Shown here in pieces: positions 11,129-23,085 of a stretch of DNA of 64,000 nt. Position 1 is the first letter of the stretch. Each line of letters opens with the position of its first letter. Made by a program: the position numbers and the translations under genes. The DNA is from Macrostomum hystrix (lineage: Eukaryota > Animalia > Platyhelminthes): positions 3,782,001 through 3,846,000 of the forward strand of contig CATNEN010000029.1 of the NCBI GenBank assembly GCA_950097015.1, written 5' to 3'. The notes beneath the pieces were generated by a model. That model made no database searches. It had not been told where the DNA came from and was given only the letters and a program-made list of their open reading frames with translations.

Positions 11129-13378
11129 ATGATCACAGACGCCGATACAATGAGCCAAAGTGACGTAACCTCCGAGCTGTTCACTGCCGTCAGATCAGAC
11201 TATGCTGAGGCCCTGAAGCGGCTGCTGCAGCTGGGCGGAGATCCCAACGCCGCTTCCATTATCGGCGACATCAAAGATGACATCATTGGTCATTGTCGGC
11301 GGCGCCAGCGACGGTTGCTGCACGCGGCGGTGTCACCCCAATGCCAACCCGCCTGCCTGCGGCTTCTGTTGGACTCCGGGGCTGATGCCGACCTCACCGA
11401 TGCCGCCGATGTCGATGAAGCTAACAACGAAGATGACGAAGATAACAGCGGCGAAGAAGAACATGTCGGCGAGACACCGCTGCACGCCGCCGCCGAAAGC
11501 TGCCGTATCAGCGGTGCCCCATGCGTGCGCGCTCTTCTGTCCGCCGGTGCCGACTGTTGGATCACCGATGATGAAGGCGACAACCCGCTGCACCGGGCCT
11601 GCCTGGTGGGCAATGCCGCAGCAGCTGCAGCCCTGCTAGAAACAGAGCCTCGACTGGCCAACTGTCCGACGATCGGGCCTGGACACGGACCGCTCACCTG
11701 CCTGCACGTGGCCGCCGCGGCCGGCGACCCCGAGCTGTTCCGCTTGCTCCTGCGCAGCGGAGCCGACCATCTGGCATTGGACGGCCGTGGCCGTGCGCCA
11801 ATCGATATCCTCCTGGCTAGCCGCGATACCGACTGTCTCGACTGCCTCGGCCGGCAATTAGCTGCGCGCCTCAGGCCGGGTTTGCGGCAGGGACAGGAGC
11901 CGCTGGAGCTGCTGTCCAGCCGGCCCGGCCGTCGCTACCTCACCCAGCTGCTCCGCATCGACACCAGCGCCGGGAGGGAGACGCCATTCCGGCCCAGCGA
12001 CCGGGTGCGGCAGGAACGGCTCGCCGGCCTGGAGGAAGTCGCCAGAGGTCCCGGCGTCTCTGCTCAACGCCTGGTTGACGCCCTGGTGGATGCGCACCAA
12101 CTGGGCCTGACGTCTGACCTGGAGCTGCCTGACTGCGCCTGGCTGATTGGCCGCTTGGCTGGCCGTGTGGGCCGTCTTGTGCTGCTGTCGCAGGAGGACG
12201 GCCAGTTGAGGCGGCTGACCGCCTGCAGGCGCCTGTGGCTGACGCTGGCTGCCCGCCTGAGGTTGCGTATCCGCCAGTTGTACTCGGCGGGCCTTCGATA
12301 TCGCAAGGCGACCGTCTCGTCGGCATCCTCAGTGGCGGCTGCCTCGGCTTCAGTTGTCGGCGGGCCTTGCCAGGCGATGCGCCGTGAACTAGCTGCCGGC
12401 TCTGCCGACGGTCGCTGGCGAGTGGAGGCCGGCCGGCTTAACAGGGCTGTGGCCCGGCTGACTGGCTTCGCGCGGTTCCGCTGTCGCGAGTCCGTTTTCC
12501 CTCACGAGACGGACGGCGTGGGTGTGCTGAGAGATCCGCTGCAGTCGCTGACTACCTGGGCGGTGCTCACTGGACGCCTGCGGCTAGTCCCGGTGCTGCT
12601 TCGTCAAGAGGAGTTCGACCTTGTGCCGCTGGCTTTGCTGTCGGCGACGCTGCTGCGAGCTCTGGCCCGTCGGTCTGAGGTGGACGACGTTTTCACCGCC
12701 GCGGCCCTCCGCGTGGCCAGCTTGTGCGAGACCATGGCAGTTCGGACGCTGCGTGCAGTGAAGGACGTTGATAGCTCCGTCGGCAACTGCCTGACCATCG
12801 CCTTCGTGAGCCAGCCGCTGCCAAACTACGCCGACTACACAGTGCTGGACCTGGCCGCCATAGGCTCTGTCACCGGCCTCATAAAGCTGGACATTGTTGA
12901 GCTGGCCACCGACATGCGCTGGTACGGCGACTTCTTCGACAGCCGCTCCTTGCCCGGCAAGTCGTCGCTAATCCGCGAGCTGCTTATTGTCAGCGGCTTC
13001 GTGCCGCCGCTGGTGCCCCTGCTGCCGCGCCTGCTGCGCCGGCTGGGCGACCCGGAGCGGCAGCGCTTTCTTGATCACATGATCGGCGACGGCGACGGTG
13101 GCAGCTGCGACGCAGATGATCAGGGGGATAGCGACGATGAAAACTATGCTGAGGTGGAGGATAAATCTGAACTAGAAACAGAGGCTGCTGACCATCGACC
13201 AGCAACTGCGACATCGGCGCCGGCGCCACCTTCAACAGGTTGGCGCGCCGAGCTATCGCTCAGCTTCGCCGATCTGCGGCGGTTCTATGATACGCCCTGT
13301 GTGAAGTTTCGCGCCAGTGTTGTGTTTTACTTTACTACCGTGGTCATGATGTCCATGATGACACTGCACGACTTCCAG
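11129..13378 (+). CDS. Ankyrin-repeat TRP channel (TRPM-like C-terminal half), exon 1: ANK repeats, MHR4-like domain, S1
   Basis: 750 codons; ANK motifs GETPLHAAA, GDNPLHRAC, LTCLHVAAA..GAD; MHR4-like PLQSLTTWAVL...LALLSATLLRALA...TVLDLA...WYG; GT donor at 13379, phase 0. Confidence 0.9.
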
Positions 13379-13422
13379 GTCAGAATGCCATAGTATTGTT
13401 TTTATAATTTCGATATTTTTCT

Positions 13423-13669
13423 CAGCTAGAACCGTGGCAGGAATCGCAGCTAGAACCGTGGCAGGAATCGCAGCTAGAACCGTGGCAGGAATCGCAGCTA
13501 GAACCGTGGCAGGAATCGCAGCTAGAACCGTGGCAGGAATCGCAGCTAGAACCGTAGCAGGAATCGCAGCTAGAACCGTGGCAGGAATCGCAGCTAGAAC
13601 CGTGGCAGGAATTGCAGCTAGAACCGTAGCAGGAATCGCAGCTAGAACCGTAGCAGGAATCGCAGCTAG
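13423..13669 (+). repeat. Minisatellite, 24-bp unit GCAGCTAGAACCGTGGCAGGAATC (TRP intron 1)
   Basis: About 10 near-identical units. Confidence 0.95.
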
Positions 13670-13716
13670 TAGGAAGGAGTGTTTGAAGCCAGTAAAAATT
13701 TTTCCGATCTCCGCAG

Positions 13717-14257
13717 GGCGGCGTCAGCAAGCTGGAGGTGGCGAGCTACGTGGCTCTCCTCGGCGTGCTGGCCGAGGAGCTGCGCGAGCTGAACGGCTGC
13801 CGGCTGCAGGGCACCCTGGGAACATACCTGGCGGACGGTTGGAACATCCTGGACCTGGTGGCAATTATCTGCGGCCTAGCGGCCTTCCTAGCACGCAGAT
13901 TCAGCTCGGACCAGTGGGACCTGCTGGGAGCCCTGATGCCTGACCACGAGCGACGCACCCGCAGCTTCGGCTACCTGTTCGTGGTGGCCGCCACACTGAT
14001 CTTCTGGATGCGCGTCCTGTTCGTGTCAGTTGTTCTTGAGTCGGTTGGAGTCAAGCTAAAGATGCTATCGCTAGTGATTAGGCGCGACTTCATCCCCTTC
14101 CTGTACATCCTGCTGGTGGTGATGGCCGGCTTCGGAATCGCCTTCGCCGCGCTGCTGTGGCCCGGCGCTGCCTACTACAGCGGCGGCCGCCGGGTGCCCA
14201 TCCCGCCTTTTGAACTTCTGTTGAACATCATCCGCAGGACCTTCTATGCCATTGTGG
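13717..14257 (+). CDS. TRP channel exon 2: S2-S5 and pore helix
   Basis: Acceptor TCTCCGCAG at 13716, in frame with exon 1; YLADGWNILDLVAII (S3), FWMRVL (S4), RDFIPFLYILLVVMAGFGIA (S5), FYAIVG; donor GTGAG at 14258, phase 1. Confidence 0.9.
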
Positions 14258-14297
14258 GTGAGAAGTCTGCTGCAAGACCCGCAGTCGCTGGGATTGG

Positions 14298-15170
14298 ATG
14301 GGATTCTCACTCTGCACAATGGGATTCTCACTCTGTACAATGGGATTCTCACTCTGTCTAATAGGATTCTCGCTCTGTACAATGGGATTCTCACTCTATC
14401 CAATGGGATTCTCAATCTATCCAATGGGATTCTCACTCTATCCAATGAGATTCTCACTCTATCCAATGGGATTCTCAATCTATCCAACGGGATTCTCAAT
14501 CTATCCAATGGGATTCTCACTCTATCCAATGAGATCCTCACTCTATCCAATGAGATTCTCACTCTATCCAATGAGATTCTCACTCTATCCAATGAGATTC
14601 TCACTCTATCCAATGAGATTCTCACTCTATCCAATGAGATTCTCACTCTATCCAATGAGATTCTCACTCTATCCAATGGGATTCTCAATCTATCCAACGG
14701 GATTCTCAATCTATCCAATGGGATTCTCACTCTATCCAATGAGATTCTCACTCTATCCAATGAGATTCTCACTCTATCCAATGGGATTCTCAATCTATCC
14801 AATGGGATTCTCACTCTATCCAATGAGATTCTCACTCTATCCAATGAGATCCTCACTCTATCCAATGAGATTCTCACTCTATCCAATGGGATTCTCAATC
14901 TATCCAACGGGATTCTCAATCTATCCAATGGGATTCTCACTCTATCCAATGAGATTCTCACTCTATCCAATGGGATTCTCAATCTATCCGATGGGATTCT
15001 CACTCTATCCAATGGGATTCTCAATCTATCCGATGGGATTCTCACTCTATCCAATGGGATTCTCTCTCTATCCAATGAGATTCTCACTCTATCCAATGGG
15101 ATTCTCAATCTATCCGATGGGATTCTCACTCTATCGAATGGGATTCTCACTCTATCCAATAGGATTCTCT
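14298..15170 (+). repeat. Minisatellite, 21-bp unit GGGATTCTCACTCTATCCAAT (TRP intron 2)
   Basis: About 42 units; variant pattern repeats at 210 bp. Confidence 0.95.
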
Positions 15171-15247
15171 CAATCGAACAAAATTTTCACTCAATCCATT
15201 GAGTCCATCACTTGCTGTAAGCAATGCCTAACTCAACCCATCCGCAG

Positions 15248-15966
15248 GCGAGTATAGCCTCGAAGAGTTAAGCAATGTCTGCGACTACAGTGCAAGCAGC
15301 AATGAGACTGAAACGGTGAAAGGAGAAATGTGTGTCGCCCAGCCCGGTTCCCACCTGGTACAGTACGGCCTGCTGGTCGTGTACATTGTCATCATGCAGA
15401 TTCTTCTCATGAACGTCGTCGTGGCGCTATTCAGCAAGACGGTGGACTCCGTGGATGCCGAGTCCCGCTCGATGTGGCTGATCGGACGCTACGAGCTCAA
15501 CGAGGAGTTCGCGGGCCGCTCGGCCATCCCGCTGCCGTTCAACCTGCTGATGGAGCTGTGGAACCTCCTGTCCTGGCTACTCCGCCAGCTGCTTACCGGC
15601 CGCGGCGCGCTCCGCCCGACTGAAGCCGCAGCCTCGGCCAAGTCGCCTGGCAAGCTGGCTGAGCAGCGGAGGCGGAGCGCCGTGTACGCCATCTACCTGT
15701 TCTACCAGGCCGCCACAATGCGGCGCCTTCGGCCGCGCCTCGACGGCTTCAGCGGCGGCGACGAAGACGGCGCCGAGCTGAGTGGCGAAGCGGCCGCGCT
15801 GGTCGAACAGCTCGGCGAAGTCGGCGCCTCCCAGGTCGGCATGCTGGACGAGCTGGAGGCACAGAGCCGCGAGCTGGGAGTTTTCGCCAGGCAGCTTAAC
15901 TGGCTGCTGGGCGGCCGGCACACGGCTGCCGTGGGCGTCTCGAAGACCGAGAATCTGCGGATCTGA
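15248..15966 (+). CDS. TRP channel exon 3: pore loop, S6, TRP helix, C-terminus
   Basis: Acceptor TCCGCAG at 15247 completes GEY in phase 1; S6 YIVIMQILLMNVVVALFS; TRP helix SMWLIGRYELNEEF..R..IPLPFNLL; stop TGA 15964-15966. Confidence 0.9.
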
Positions 15967-16253
15967 GATTTAGGGATCTGGGATGCGGATCTGAGATTTA
16001 GGGATCTGGGATGCGGATCTGAGATTTAGGGATCTGGGATGTGGATCTGAGATTTGGGGATCTGGGATGTGGATCTGAGATTTAGGGATCTGGGATGCGG
16101 AGCTGAGATTTGGGGATCTGGGATGCGGATCTGAGATTTGCGGATCTGAGATTTGGGGAACTGGGATGCGGATCTGAGATTTAGGGATCTGGGATGTGAA
16201 TCTGAGATTTAGGGATCTGGGATGCGGAGCTGAGATTTGGGGATCTGGGATGC
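15957..16253 (+). repeat. Minisatellite, 28-bp unit GATCTGAGATTTAGGGATCTGGGATGCG
   Basis: About 10 units starting in the last codons of the TRP ORF. Confidence 0.93.
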
Positions 16254-17021
16254 GACCCTCCAGTCCATGGACTGAACAGTTGTACGCAGCCATTGGAATA
16301 GAAGCGGCTGTGCCACTAGCTTTACATCTGCTCTAATTATTTCAGGTATCATTTCAATGCCATTATATTCTTAAGCTCGAAAAACTTGGCTTATAATATT
16401 ATGCAACTTTTCCTGATCGTTTTCTCCTAATTTTTTTCCTATACAACGGTGACCGATATTTGGATACTGTAAACGTCTATCCCTTCAATGAACACGGAGC
16501 CAATCAGATAAAGTTAAAAGTACAGTGCGCATAAAAAAAGATTTGCAAGCTCGATTCGCTTATAACTATCACTTCATGATTTTATATTCTTGCTTTGAAC
16601 TGTAGGCTTATGGTATGCCTTATGAGCCTACACCAATAATAATAATAGTACTAATAGTAGCATAATTCTTATTTCTAAATGCTGCTTCTTCACTTTACGA
16701 AGATCTTTACTTCACTTTGCTGGGGTGTTCAGCACCCACCAAATTGGCTGTCATAAATCATGCTTGCTTTGTCGGTAGAAGCTAGGGCTTGTACAAAAGT
16801 GCATTTCGGTTCTGGGGTCGGAGCTGGCATTTCAAAGTCTCTGACTGCTATCGATTGTCTTTGTTAAGAAAAGCCTCGAGTTTTGTGTTCTTTGCGCAAA
16901 TGACTAGTGGTCATAGTTGATGCAGCCTTTTAATTTAGCGCATCCGTTAGATGGGATCTGCATTCATTATTGGATTTTTGGAATAGGAATTTTTATCTGC
17001 TTTTTTAGGTGTCATTGTTTG

Positions 17022-17650
17022 AAGTGTCAGGGATATCAAATGTCAGGGATATAAAGTGTCAGGGATATAAAGTGTCAGGGATATAAAGTGTCAGGTTTAT
17101 CAAGTGTCAGGTTTATATAGTGTCAGGGTTATCAAGTGTCTGGCTTATCAAGTTTCAGGGTTATCAAATGTCAGGGTTATCAAGTGTCAGGGTTATCAAA
17201 TGTCAGGGTTATCAAATGTCAGGGTTATCAAATGTCAGGGTTATCAAGTGTCAGGGTTATCAAATGTCAGGGTTATCAAATGTCAGGGTTATAAAGTGTC
17301 AGGGTTATCAAGTGTCAGGGTTATCAAGTGTCAGGGTTATCAAATGTCAGGGTTATCAAATGTCAGGGTTATCAAATGTCAGGGTTATCAAATGTCAGGG
17401 TTATCAAGTGTCAGGGTTATCAAATGTCAGGGTTATCAAATGTCAGGGTTATCAAGTGTCAGGGTTATCAAGTGTCAGGGTTATCAAGTGTCAGGGTTAT
17501 CAAATGTCAGGGTTATCAAATGTCAGGGTTATCAAATGTCAGGGTTATCAAATATCAGGGTTATCAAATGTCAGGGTTATCAAGTGTCAGGGTTATCAAA
17601 TGTCAGGGTTATCAGATGTCAGGGTTATCAAGTATCAGGGTTGTAAAGTG
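17022..17650 (+). repeat. Minisatellite, 16-bp unit TGTCAGGGTTATCAAA/G
   Basis: About 39 units. Confidence 0.95.
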
Positions 17651-17796
17651 TCATTTTTTATTTCAGTGCATCAATTATAATTCAGTCGATTGCTGCAAGC
17701 TAATAGGCTCGCTTGCCTATTAAGTGTAGTCTATGGCCACGACATGCCATCCAGCGGCACAACAATATTTCAAAGCGTATCGAACGTGAGCTGGTG

Positions 17797-18279
17797 ATGC
17801 AGAAGAGCGCTATGGCTACGGCTTCCATCCCAGCTAGGCCGATCAGCCCTGATCACCGGCTGCGCTGCTCGAGGCTCTTCAGCGATCTGCGAAGCCAGCC
17901 GTACGCCCGACTGACAACCGCCCTCCGCCGCCTGCTCTGCCTCTGCCGAATTCGACGCCGCGCAGATCGGATGAGCCGTTGCCCAGCCAGCGTGGACTCG
18001 TCTTCGTACATCCGGCTGGCTCGCAGCATCGACGACTGCGAACTCTGCGCCTCCGCCGGCTCGCACAGCTCCCGCAGCCGCGGTGACAACGACAACGTCG
18101 ATGAAACTGTTAACGACTCCGTCACCCTCGCCGTACTGTGCGAAGTCTGCTGCGACGTCTTCGCCATCAGGGGGTCCGAGCGCCATCGTGCTGGCTGCCC
18201 GCACGAATCGATTTGCGAGGCCTGCAGCTGCCTGACTGACCACAGCAAACAGGACTGGGCGCACCTCAGGGACGGCTGA
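17797..18279 (+). CDS. Putative single-exon Cys/His-rich orphan protein (about 155-160 aa; ATG at 17797 or 17812)
   Basis: GC-rich island; motifs CELC, CEVCC, HRAGCPHESICEACSC; an overlapping 197-aa antisense ORF exists, so the strand is not certain. Confidence 0.45.
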   Translation: MQKSAMATASIPARPISPDHRLRCSRLFSDLRSQPYARLTTALRRLLCLCRIRRRADRMSRCPASVDSSSYIRLARSIDDCELCASAGSHSSRSRGDNDNVDETVNDSVTLAVLCEVCCDVFAIRGSERHRAGCPHESICEACSCLTDHSKQDWAHLRDG

Positions 18280-19894
18280 CGGGACCTGAGCACTTTGAGC
18301 TGTGCTAACAAACTGGGATTTGAGAAGCGTGATGTCGAGTTTTTTCGGCGATGTGACTTTGGCAATGAAGTGTCTCTTCTATTATAATAAACCTCAGGGC
18401 CATTTATTAGAAGGTTTATATTAATTTTGAGGACAAATTTATACATAGAATAAGTAGGACAAACAGAAAATTTATTCAGTTTCTTTGCTTTTGAGGCCGG
18501 TCATACGCCTGAAATAAATTTCTCTGCGCCTACTTATTAGTAGAGTGCATGGCGCGCATTTATAAAAAAGTGCTCCACTGGAGTACGGCTAAGCTACATT
18601 CCACTGGTGTTAAAGGCTTATAGAGTGTAAATCATTTATAAAAAATGTTGCCTAGCCAAAATCAGATATTTGGCCATATAATGTCTGAGCCTGGCTGGCT
18701 GAGAAGAGCTGGAGCAGGCACACAAGCAGAAATTGAGCTATGATTGTCTGAATGCCTATTGTTCTCGTACTGTTCTCAAATTCATTCATTAACCTAGCAG
18801 GTGCCAGTTGCAAATAGCTAGTTAAATGAGGGCCAAATTACAATGCAAAATAAATTTTCATCACCGTGCAGTTAAATCAGACGCTAATTAAGCAGGCCTC
18901 CAGAATGGACATAAATGGATTCCTTTTAGTTAGGGACTCAAGCAGTTGTAAAAACTGCCTGCTTTGACTTGTGCTCACTACAATGTGTGCTCAGTATTTG
19001 AAAAAATGGAAAGCAATGCAGAGAGAGTTCCTTCACGCTTAGGTGTGACATTGTAAAACTTGAGAGACAAAATCACTCACATTCCTTCACTTGACGCTGT
19101 TCAGTCAGGTCACGTGAGTGTATTGAGTCAAGCAGGTTGGGTACTCAGAAAGTAGGATTCTGTATTTGTGAACTGGGAGATGAATGGAAAGATAGGACGG
19201 ATGAGTGGGGCAGACACTGAGAAAGTAGATAATGGCGAAGGATCGTATGAGACAGACCCACAGACCCACACACACGCCCTGAGAGCAGTCCGATTGGTTG
19301 AAGGTAGTCGCGAGCTTTGAGTCTCGCAGCGAGAAGGCAGTGGGCAGTTAGAAGGTGGGGGTGAATTGAACTGTGTAAAACGGACCGCAGTGGAGCCAGC
19401 TTAGCATGCAATAGCTCCTCCTCCAATGAGGGGGCGGGCTGCTGTCGCCAACTCACTGAATGTGGGGAGGGCTGTTAGTGCAGTGGGTGGGTGGGGCTGG
19501 TAGCCGGCTCTTTTGAGGCAGTGGCAAGCAGAGCAGCGGTTAGCAGGGCCGTCTGCGCTACCCGAGGGACGGAGAGAGACCGGCAGGTAAAAATATAAAT
19601 TTATTAATGCAGCCAGCTGAGGTTGGTAGTGTGTGAGTTCTTATTTCTAATCTTGGCCAAGGTGAGCCAATCTCATGTTAGTGGCAGGTGCACAATTTAC
19701 TGCCTGCTGCTAAGCAAACTTCACTAATTAGTGCACTGTTTCGGCCTGGCTTTATCAGGTAGGTTTGTCCGCCAAATGGTCCTTAATCAGGACGAAAAAA
19801 CTGTTTCGTCTATGGCATAAACCTATTCACCATTCGATTCCCAACTGAACTGAAAATTATTGTGCCCTTTTGCGAGACACTTAACTCTGTGTTG

Positions 19895-19995
19895 CTTCAG
19901 TTGCGAAATGGGTACCAGCATTAGTTGGGGTAAATTAGGGTGGGTGCGGCATCCCCCCAGTCCATGGACTGAACAGCTGTACGCAGCGTACAGCC
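19895..19995 (+). mobile_element. SINE family A internal fragment
   Basis: AAATGGGTACCAGC...CCCCAGTCCATGGACTGAACAGCTGTACGCAGC matches the family A body; abuts the tail of a family B copy. Confidence 0.65.
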
Positions 19996-20000
19996 CACGC

Positions 20001-20372
20001 AATATAATAATAATAATTGCAGGAGGTCTGCAGGCAATGGCACATTATTTGGTGACACTAGACCTGCAGCCAGCGAGGAGCAATTCTGCCCATTTCGCTG
20101 ACTCCTGAGCACACACACACACACACACACCCACACACATATACTGTACGCAGACACACACTCACACAGGTATGTACATCTGCCCTGACTTTCTCATCGT
20201 CAGGCAGTGTACACTCTCACTGTGCCTCGGAGGTTGGCCCTTAAGGGCGTAAATTGCACGACAAGTCCCCAAGCCTTCTCTCCGCGGCTGCGCCTCAAAT
20301 GAATGTGGCCTCGACGCGGAATCGAGCTCAGGACCTCGGTGCGAGAGGCAAACGCGTTAACCTCGCGCCGTG
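20001..20372 (-). mobile_element. tRNA-derived SINE, family B, copy 2
   Basis: (AAT)n tail, conserved 3' block GGCAATGGCACATTATTTGGTGACACTAGAC, 43-nt hairpin at 20172-20214, B-box-like GGAATCGAGCTC. Confidence 0.85.
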
Positions 20373-20950
20373 AAATAGCCGCAGGTGGGCAGACGGCTGC
20401 AGTTATTATTTGTACTCATATTATAACGACCTATTATTCTTTTTTACTATTATTACTATTATATTTTTACATTGGACAATGATATCATAGTCTTCACTGG
20501 ACTCCAATGAGTTGAGTTGAGTACGTTAAGCAAACTAACTCACAGTTGCAGTGCTGTCACTCAACAACACCTGACAGCAGCTGTTATAGCGCTTTCCATT
20601 AGGTCCTCAATTTGCTATCCTCAGTAAACAATGGGACATGTCAATTCATGTCATATTCAGCAATTGTTTCACCAAATCCATCAACAAGATAGACATGGGA
20701 AGAATTTTCCTTACCCGGGATATCCAAACACGAGGTTCTCATGGGACTGATTCCCCATTGCACCCATAATCCCCATAATCGCATAACCAACAATTTTTGC
20801 AGCAAATGAACTGCAGCAGAGCTGGCGGATAACTCGGGACAGCCGGTTTTGCACTTTTAATCCCCATTATAAAAACACGAGCCGAATATAGCAGCATTGA
20901 TAAACACAATCATCTATTGAATTTTAGGTAGCAGCTTACCTGCCTTAGTA

Positions 20951-21050
20951 ATGAGCCAACAGTCACACCGTGATCACCTGCTGCCACGCCTGCCGACTGA
21001 GGAGGTCGAGGTGCTGCGGCTGGCCAAGCAGCAACAGGTGGAAATGACCA
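20951..21050 (+). CDS. AGBL2/AGBL3: Cytosolic carboxypeptidase 2/3-like, exon 1 (model: 20951-21050, 22294-23085, 28191-28386, 33667-33979, 34121-34304, 34594-34745, 35002-35483, 36139-36353, 37013-37247, 38152-38284, 39805-...)
   Basis: ATG at 20951; donor GTGAGT at 21051, phase 1, compatible with exon 2; exons 1-10 total 2802 nt in one open frame. Confidence 0.72.
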
Positions 21051-21059
21051 GTGAGTGTT

Positions 21060-22250
21060 CAGCTCACCCTGTCACAGCTCACCCTGTCACAGCTCACCCT
21101 GTTACAGCTCACCCTGTCACAGCTCACCCTGTCACAGCTCACCCTGTCACAGCTCACCTTGCCACAGCTCACCCTGTCACAGCTCACTTTGCCACAGCTC
21201 ACCCTTTCACAGCTCACCATGTCACAGCTCACCCTGTCACAGCTCACCCTGTCACAGCTCACCCTGTCACAGCTCACCCTGTCACAGCTCACCATGTCAC
21301 AGCTCAACATGTCACAGCTCACCCTGTCACAGCTCACCCTGTCACAGCTCACCCTGTCACAGCTCACCCTGTTACAGCTCAACATGTCACAGCTCACCCT
21401 GTCACAGCTCACCCTGTCACAGCTCACCCTGTCACAGCTCACCCTGTTACAGCTCACCCTGTCACAGCTCACCCTGTCACAGCTCACCATGTCACAGCTC
21501 ACCCTGTCACAGCTCACCATGTCACAGCTCAACATGTCACAGCTCACCCTGTTACAGCTCACCATGTCACAGCTCACCATGTCACAGCTCACCATGTCAC
21601 AGCTCAACATGTCACAGCTCAACATGTCACAGCTCACCCTGTCACAGCTCACCCTGTCACAGCTCACCCTGTCACAGCTCACCCTGTTACAGCTCACCCT
21701 GTCACAGCTCACCCTGTCACAGCTCACCATGTCACAGCTCACCCTCTCACAGCTCACCCTGTCACAGCTCACCCTTTCACAGCTCACCATGTCACAGCTC
21801 ACCCTGTCACAGCTCACCCTGTCACAGCTCACCCTCTCACAGCTCACCCTGTCACAGCTCACCCTGTCACAGCTCACCATGTCACAGCTCACCCTGTCAC
21901 AGCTCACCATGTCACAGCTCACCCTGTCACAGCTCACCCTGTCACAGCTCACCCTGTCACAGCTCACCCTGTCACAGCTCACCCTGTCACAGCTCACCCT
22001 GTCACAGCTCACCTTGCCACAGCTCAACCTGTCACAGCTCACCCTGTCACAGCTCACCCTGTCACAGCTCACCCTGTCACAGCTCACCTTGCCACAGCTC
22101 AACCTGTCACAGCTCACCCTGTTACAGCTCAACATGTCACAGCTCACCCTGTCACAGCTCACCATGTCACAGCTCACCCTCTCACAGCTCACCCTGTCAC
22201 AGCTCACCCTGTCACAGCTCACCCTGTCACAGCTCACCTTGCCACAGCTC
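21060..22250 (+). repeat. Minisatellite, 15-bp unit CTCACCCTGTCACAG (CCP intron 1)
   Basis: About 79 units; stop-free in several frames, producing the spurious 446-707 aa ORFs. Confidence 0.97.
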
Positions 22251-22293
22251 AAGAAACCTTCCTCCCAACCCCCTTCAACCTCTCCTCCGGCAG

Positions 22294-23085
22294 GCAATTC
22301 TGAGTGGCGCGAGCGTCTCCGGCGCGACCTGGAGGCGGACATCAGCCGACGGGTGCGCGAGGCGCTGGACACGCCGCCCGCGGAGCGGCAGAGGCGCAAC
22401 CGAGAGCTCGCCAGACTTCGGGCAGCAGCCCAGAAAGAGGAGCAGCTGGCTCAGTTTCACAAGGCCGCACGCGCGCTGGCGGCGGCCACAGCGGCGGCCG
22501 CAGCGGTCGCCAACGGCTCCGAGAGGCTGCAGCGTCCGGCAGCAACGGCGGGACCGTCAGGCGACTCAGGGATCGGAAATCGAGCGTCGAGGTCGAATCG
22601 TTATCGCCACTTAGTTGGTGGCGGCTTCGACGAGGAAAATAACTCTGACAATGGCGACTATGACGACGACTACGAAGAGGAGGACACGACGAACGATGAA
22701 GAGGACGAAGAGTCGGCGGGCGCGGCCAGGACGATGGCGGCTCTCGCCAGGCGGCGTCCTCAGCCAGTGTCGTCGCTGCCAGCGTTTCGCCTGGGCGCGG
22801 AGGCGATGCGGCACTTCGGCGACTTGACGCCGGACGAGAAGCTGCGCCTGTTTGCCAACTTCACTCGAGACGGCTTCCGCGAAGCGGCGCGCAACGGCCG
22901 CCTGCCTGACGGCTCCCCGCTGACGCTTCTGCCAGACGGTCGCTACCGGGACCAGTTCGGCATCGCGCGCGACTCCCGCGGCCCCTTCTGGCCCCGCGAC
23001 TTCGGTCCCTGCCACCCGACGCCGAGCCACCGACGACTGGGCTGCCCCGGCCCGGAGCCGCTGCTGCTGCCGTTGAAGAATCCCG
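22294..23085 (+). CDS. AGBL2/AGBL3: CCP2/3-like exon 2 (N-terminal extension, acidic tract)
   Basis: Acceptor CTCCTCCGGCAG at 22293; GC-rich open frame NSEWRERLRR...GPFWPRDFGP...LKNP; donor GTAAG at 23086, phase 1. Confidence 0.8.

Noticed and set aside
11277-13235. Alternative-frame and antisense ORFs over the TRP, Kv and CCP exons
   Set aside because: Shadow ORFs expected in GC-rich coding DNA; the main frames carry clear family motifs
17022-17650. Interstitial telomere (AGGGTTA within the unit)
   Set aside because: Only one partial TTAGGG-like word per 16-bp unit; no (TTAGGG)n run
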